A stretch of 64,000 bases of DNA. It comes from Klebsormidium nitens (lineage: Eukaryota; Plantae; Klebsormidiophyceae). The position numbers and the translations under genes are program-made. Every line of letters begins with the position of its first letter. The stretch's first letter is position 1. Below the pieces are notes generated by a model. The model was not told the DNA's origin, made no database searches, and worked only from the letters and a program-made list of their open reading frames with translations. Location of the stretch: contig DF236957.1 of the NCBI GenBank assembly GCA_000708835.1, forward strand, positions 248,001 through 312,000. Direction: 5' to 3'. This document shows, piece by piece, positions 58,701 to 64,000 of this stretch.

Positions 58701-61550
58701 GTACGTGCCGGCTTCTCCGCACCGCAACAGGTACTCGTAGCGGCCCGTGCGCATGAGGCTCAGGCGAGCGTACAGGACGTGAGCCGACTGCCAGGCTTCG
58801 CCTGCGCGTCAGAAAGTGGACTCTGGTATTTACGTTGCCAGGGACGTTTTGTCAACTGTTCTTGTGGACAGCTTGAATTCGCCAGGCTGTTCGCTGATTT
58901 TGCCGCGGCCTGCAAGTTCCGGCGTCGAATGACCACACTGGGTAACACTGTGCGGAACTGATCCATGTTGAATAAACGGCTCCCATCAGTCGAGTGTTAC
59001 GTTCGTCTTCCATTGAATGAGGGTGACTCAGGCAGTTGGGCTGATACAGTTCGGTCAATGTCCACTTTCTCCAATGATCTCGATTCGACTCCGCTATGTT
59101 CCTCGAATCTAAGTATCGGCAAAAAGTCCCTGAGGAAAGTTTCTCAGGGTGCAGACAAGGCCGAGTATCCATTGAAGTAAGATTGGACAGGGGAAGAAAG
59201 CAAGTTGAATACCCTTCGAAAGAGCAACCTCATTTGGGGTCTCGTCGCACCTCAGCACGCCCCTAAGCACCGCCTTACGGAGTTGTGTCCTTTCGTTTCC
59301 AAAAAGGGGTCCCGAATTCGAAATGGCATCGATGCTTTCAAAGACGTGTCCACTGAACTTCGTGATGAGGGTACCAAGGGGCCGAGGTTTTTTAAGATTG
59401 TCAATCAAGCGTGGTGATTCTCAAAAATCATGAAGGGGCAGAATCCAACCGAAGTCTGGGAAACATCGCCTTGCAAGAAGCATCGGGGTTCTGAAGTAGG
59501 GAAGAATATGAACTCTGACAAGGACACAAAGGCATGGGTGCAACGACCCACTCTGAAACGCTTCTCCAGCGACTTTGTGCAGCTCGTCCGCATCGAGCTC
59601 TTCCCCCTGCTGGCACCTCTCCGCCCAAGACTCGAAGCGGTTCAGTTTTGATATAGATTCAGCCGCAATGTCGTTTTCAGGTTGACCGGGAAGGACTGCG
59701 CTGCAGTTCCATCTTGAATCATACTTTACAAAGCTTGTTGTTAGGCCATTGCCTTCCCTGAAAGAGCCTAGACGTGGTCTGACTGTCGGGTCTCCATTAA
59801 GCAAGCGCTTGTGATGCAGATCCAGTAATGCTAATGTTTGTGGAAGTGTTTCTGGTTGCCGACCTCTTTGACTGTACAGATTGTGTACGCTGATTTCTAC
59901 GATTTGACGAGCCCCATGACTGACACAGCCTGTATGCATCCTAACAAGACAGATTGCCACCAATGATCAGCTGCTTATGTAATCAGCACAAGCAGATTGT
60001 TGAAAAGGCAATCATATGGTACTTTTTCAACCACCGTCAGATTCCTCTGCCGCAGTGATATTGCTTTTTGAATTGAAGTTCCAGTTCAGGCATCAGGCTT
60101 CTCAAAGCGACTGGGGTCACGTGCGAAGAGCTCGGACAAATGTTTTGCCTGCGCGAAAAGAGAGAAAACACTTGGAAAAGCTGCAGCAACACAATGATTA
60201 CAGCGTGACATGTTCTGCCAGCTGAGAGCACCTTGGCACTTCCTGGCTGACATATCCATACCTTTTGGGTGCCTGCGACCTTTGCACCTCTCTATGCTTC
60301 AGTATATTTTGTCTTTGGAAGTGAAAGATCCGCAACAGGGATTTGACTGCCCCCCAAAGGTAGATTCAGTCTTACATTCCTGATTGCCCAGGCACTAGTA
60401 CAGCAGCAATCAAAACTGATTGGCTGTAAGTGGGAGAGACAAACCTGTATCTGTACATTATCTAGCTGCAGGTCAGCAAATTGGAGCAGCCCCCGGATCC
60501 TTGATGGGTCAGTTTCGTGCCTGTTCTCCTCAAACTCAAACCGTGATTTCTTCCTGCAAGAATATGGGGAAATGCTGGTTTGCGGAGAGTTCGTGCCCCC
60601 AATCCTCTCCCTCGCTCTTTCGCTCCAACGTCACTTGAAGGGAGCTCGACAACAAATCAAGGCTCTTGGACACAGCGCAAGTGAGAAAGTATTACTTGCC
60701 CCCCACACACCAGAAACTTCCATTGCGACCCTTGCTTTTGACAATTGTGCAGCCCCTTCCAATCAAAGCCTCTCCAGTCTGATGCAGACTGAAGGTCTTA
60801 CCTGATGTAGTCCCTCCGATTGGCTGTCGGCATTGATTTGGCTGCCTGCATCTCAGCAACAGGGCAAACCTGTCAACACTGTGTTGCTCTTAAAGCAGAG
60901 TCCCTCACAGCCAACATAAACTGCGGCCCAAGTTAGATTCTGTCCACATATAATGTTTGCTTTCTCGAGTCGTGTCACCAATACAGCCTCCCGCAAAGAT
61001 TGTTCATTTTGCTCAAATATCATTCAGGTCCTGCTGGTGCAGCGGGAAAACACTCACCCGATAGAAAGCCCTGTAAAGTGCCAGGGCTCTACTTCGATTG
61101 TCCATCAGTTGGCCCCAACAGCACCTGCTATAGCTTCAGGAAGAAACTTTGATAAGCGGCCATCAGATTGCCCTCAAAATGATGGTGGTGGTTGGTGGTG
61201 GTGGTGTATATGGTATGAAGATGTCCCCAAAACTTTGGCAACATTCAACATCAAAACCCTAAATTCACCCAGTAAACCCTATCGCTAAGCTCAACCCATG
61301 GATTCTAAAACTTCAAAGCTGAGGCCCCAATGGCAAAAGGCGAAGGCTTTGCAATTGGCAGGTTGCTGCACATTCGGGTGGACGCTTCTCCTCTGTAATA
61401 ACACTAGGCTGTAGCCTGAGAAAGATGCGGTGTTACGAGCTGAAGTAGATCGCTGAGTAGCCTCGGTGGCAGCGATCAGAGAAGGTGCAATTCCCCTGCA
61501 ATCGGAGATTAATCTCTTCTGCTGAAAGGAAACAATGACAAACGCTGCAG

Positions 61551-61683
61551 AGTAGCACAAAGCAGGACGACAGACAGTCCTTTCTCCTGCCACTCTCTGA
61601 GCACCTGGTGCCAGTCTGCAGCAGGCTCCGATGGATTGATCAGCTCGGACCGAAGCATGAGCACCCTGCTTGCGGTTGATCAG
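61551..61683 (+). CDS. Possible upstream coding exon of the EamA gene
   Basis: Open frame between a CTGCAG acceptor and a CAG|GTATGT donor, ending in phase 0 and so compatible with exon 62373. No family motif recognised. Confidence 0.35.
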
Positions 61684-62372
61684 GTATGTTCGTTGAACAG
61701 TCAGCAGCCCGCACCCCGCACTAAAAAAGTCAATCATCATAATGAAGCGCAGCGCCTTCCTCCAGATCCGTGCAACTCGAATTGTGGCTTCCTGTGTGCC
61801 TCCCTGGGGAAGCTTGAGCTAAAAATGTCTCTGTTGAGCTGGCATAGATTCACACGAGCTGGTCCAACAATGTATTGAAAAAATTTGTGTACTTGGTTAC
61901 ACAACTTTCAAATCTATGTGAAGCCCCTTTCAACAGGTGGGACTCAAGAGCTTAGACATCTTACCGGCCTCAAAGAACCCTCTGAGCAGCGTAAGTATCC
62001 CAAGTTCCTGCTGTGAAGTTTGCAAACCAGTTTGTCTTGGATCACGAGACTTCTGCTATGAAATGGAATGAAGGGCCACCTTGCTTCATTGACATGCCCC
62101 CATGATCCAGGGCCAATTGACAACTCTGTTCTTGCTGATGGTTTATGGGACTGCAGTGAGTCTTAATTTGCTCTGCCCAAGGATTTCTCTTGCGAAGAAC
62201 TTTGCAGCGGCAAGGCAGGCGGTTGGCAGGTTGACCAGATCCCAAGTGTACTGAAGAAAAGAGTTTGTTTTCACATTCCTTGTGTTCCACAGCCTCTTTC
62301 ACTAAGAAGGCATGGCATGACTGACTTCTCAAGTTCCATAAGTACCCGTAGACAGCCTTTACTCTGCTGCAG

Positions 62373-63906
62373 GGCATGCATACAGGGGAGCTCCATGGCG
62401 TCAAGTCCCATCCAGATCTTGGAGATTTGCACCACTTCAGCGCCCCAAGCGGGGAGCTTGGCAGGCTCTTAAAACCAGTGCTTTGGATCTGGGGCGGGTC
62501 GAAGCACTCTGGAGTGGCGTGCATGGCTCTGTCCAGCCTGGCTTACAGTGTCATGGGCCTGGCGGTCAAACTTTTAGCAGGTGGGGCGGGACCTTCCTCT
62601 TCTGCTCTTCTTTGACTGAGATTCCGTTCCTTTAATCGCCAAAATCCGTGTTTTGTCAGATTGTTTGAGGTTGAGTTCGTTGGTCAGATGTTTGCGTCCT
62701 TGCAGGTCAAAAGCTAAGCAAGTAAAGTTGCACTGGCTTTGAGAGGTTGAGATGCAGAATCTGAAGCTTGGTTTTGGGATATCCATTGAGTTGGTTCAGA
62801 CTTCCTTCTATTGAGGGACGTCGTACAGACAATCCGTAACAATGTCATGTATCCATGCGTATGCGCCCTTTTTGTAGGCAGAGACTCAAGCACGCATCTG
62901 AATCTTCATGACGAACTCTCAGCTTTTTTCTGCAGGGGCCAAAATACCATCTTCCGAAACTGTCCTGGTCCGATGTGCAATCATTGCGCTCTTGTCAGGC
63001 TACGGGCTTCAGAAACAGAAGCACCCCCTGTTAGGCTCACCAGGGGTTCGACACCTGGTCCTAGCAAGGGCGATCATTGGCTTCTTCGCACTGTCCGCGT
63101 TCTTTTATAGGTCAGTGCCCTCAAAGCTGGTTTTCGTTGTTGGCATCAATCGCTGGCTTTTGTATGCACAGATTGTCCGACCCGTTCCGCTTGTCCTCCC
63201 CTCTGGTGGCCTTACTGCATAGAGAAGCTTATCTTAGCTAGAGGAGCAGTTGCTTCGCCAATTTGGCAAAAGCATCGACTTTCATTCCTTCTGTCATCCA
63301 TTCGTTTTGATCCGTTCGCCGAAAGCCCCCGCATGCTAGTGTACTTGGATGCTTGGAAGGTGGAAGGATTTTAATCAATGGTCGAAGACTTCGCATCAAA
63401 TATGTAAGCATTTTCCTAAGATGTACACGCACCGGACTGGACATAGTGGACCGCAGACAAGATCATATTGTTTCATATTTCGCACCTCTCTTCACGCAGT
63501 ATACAGGCCCTTCCGCTGCGCGACGCCACGGTGCTTAATTTCACGATGCCCGTAATGACGGCCATGATGGCTGCGGTCTTTCTGGGGGAGGCTTGGGGGA
63601 GCAGGGAGGTAGCGGGTAAGCTATGCGCACACTCATAAGCGTTGAGTCGTGGGATGTAAGCGAACAAGCACAGAGAAAGTTACGCTTGGTTTGCAACTTC
63701 CTCTTCAGGAAGCAAGAAGATTGAAACTGGATCAGGAAGTCTTCTGATTGGCGGCTCGTTTCGTGAACGATCTCAAGAAGATTGCGGTTGCCGACAGGGG
63801 AACCTTTTGATCATATGGCTGTGCTTGAGACGTCGAAGGATTGCAGGTACGATATGCAGCCTGGTGGGAGTACTGCTGGTGACGCAGCCAGACATTCTGT
63901 TTGGGA
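62373..63906 (+). CDS. EamA/DMT-superfamily transporter (SLC35G / At2g05755-like), partial: exons 62373..62580, 62936..63110, 63500..63615, 63847..63906; continues past the window end, 5' exons uncertain
   Basis: The spliced translation reads LWIWGGSKHSGVACMALSSLAYSVMGLAVKLLAG AKIPSSETVLVRCAIIALL...RHLVLARAIIGFFALSAFFYSIQALPLRDATVLNFTMPVMTAMMAAVFLGE...GTICSLVGVLLVTQP, a typical first EamA repeat. GT-AG sites have consistent phases. Confidence 0.85.
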
Positions 63907-64000
63907 GTGAGTTACAACGCTTTCAATTTGACGTTCTAATTTTTGCATCTGTTTTCTTAGATCAATGGGACGCAGTCTTCGAATTATTGACTCTTACGAG

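Noticed and set aside
58620-58790. Minus-strand frame GRYEYLLRCGEAGTYAAP resembling an alpha-2-macroglobulin C-terminal motif
   Set aside because: Isolated short resemblance with no supporting flanking exons; the + strand reading with ATG and donor is at least as plausible.

Overview
Eukaryotic, intron-rich DNA. The plant-type genes and GTGCG/GTAAG/GTGAG donors suggest a streptophyte alga such as Klebsormidium (inference only). The right part (39-64 kb) is ordinary gene space. It holds a minus-strand glutaredoxin-like gene (2 coding exons, 968 aa), a 513-bp hAT-type MITE, a 15-exon RNA polymerase III subunit RPC5/POLR3E gene (672 aa) and the start of an EamA/SLC35G-like transporter that runs off the window. 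The left part (~0.9-36.7 kb) has no credible protein-coding gene. Instead it carries about 55-60 same-strand copies (found by eye) of a 55-125 nt structured element, spaced roughly 0.1-1.5 kb apart. Consensus: 5'-GCGGC-NNN-GA(N)G ... TG(A/G)GCA-loop-TGC(T/C)CA ... NNGA-(N)-GCCGC-3'. This is a terminal stem closing a kink-turn / box C-D-like motif, plus an internal hairpin, and both stems show compensatory changes. The elements fall into subfamilies arranged in higher-order repeats, often sit just downstream of splice-donor motifs, and one subfamily is followed by a GC-rich multi-hairpin block. This array is the best candidate for an undescribed system: a large cluster of K-turn/snoRNA-like (possibly guide) RNAs, or less likely attC-like ssDNA recombination sites. 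A 2.4-kb non-autonomous element with split direct repeats (A1-B1-A2-B2, PAT/Ngaro/TOC1-type architecture) is inserted in the array. No searches or folding programs were run, so novelty is untested.
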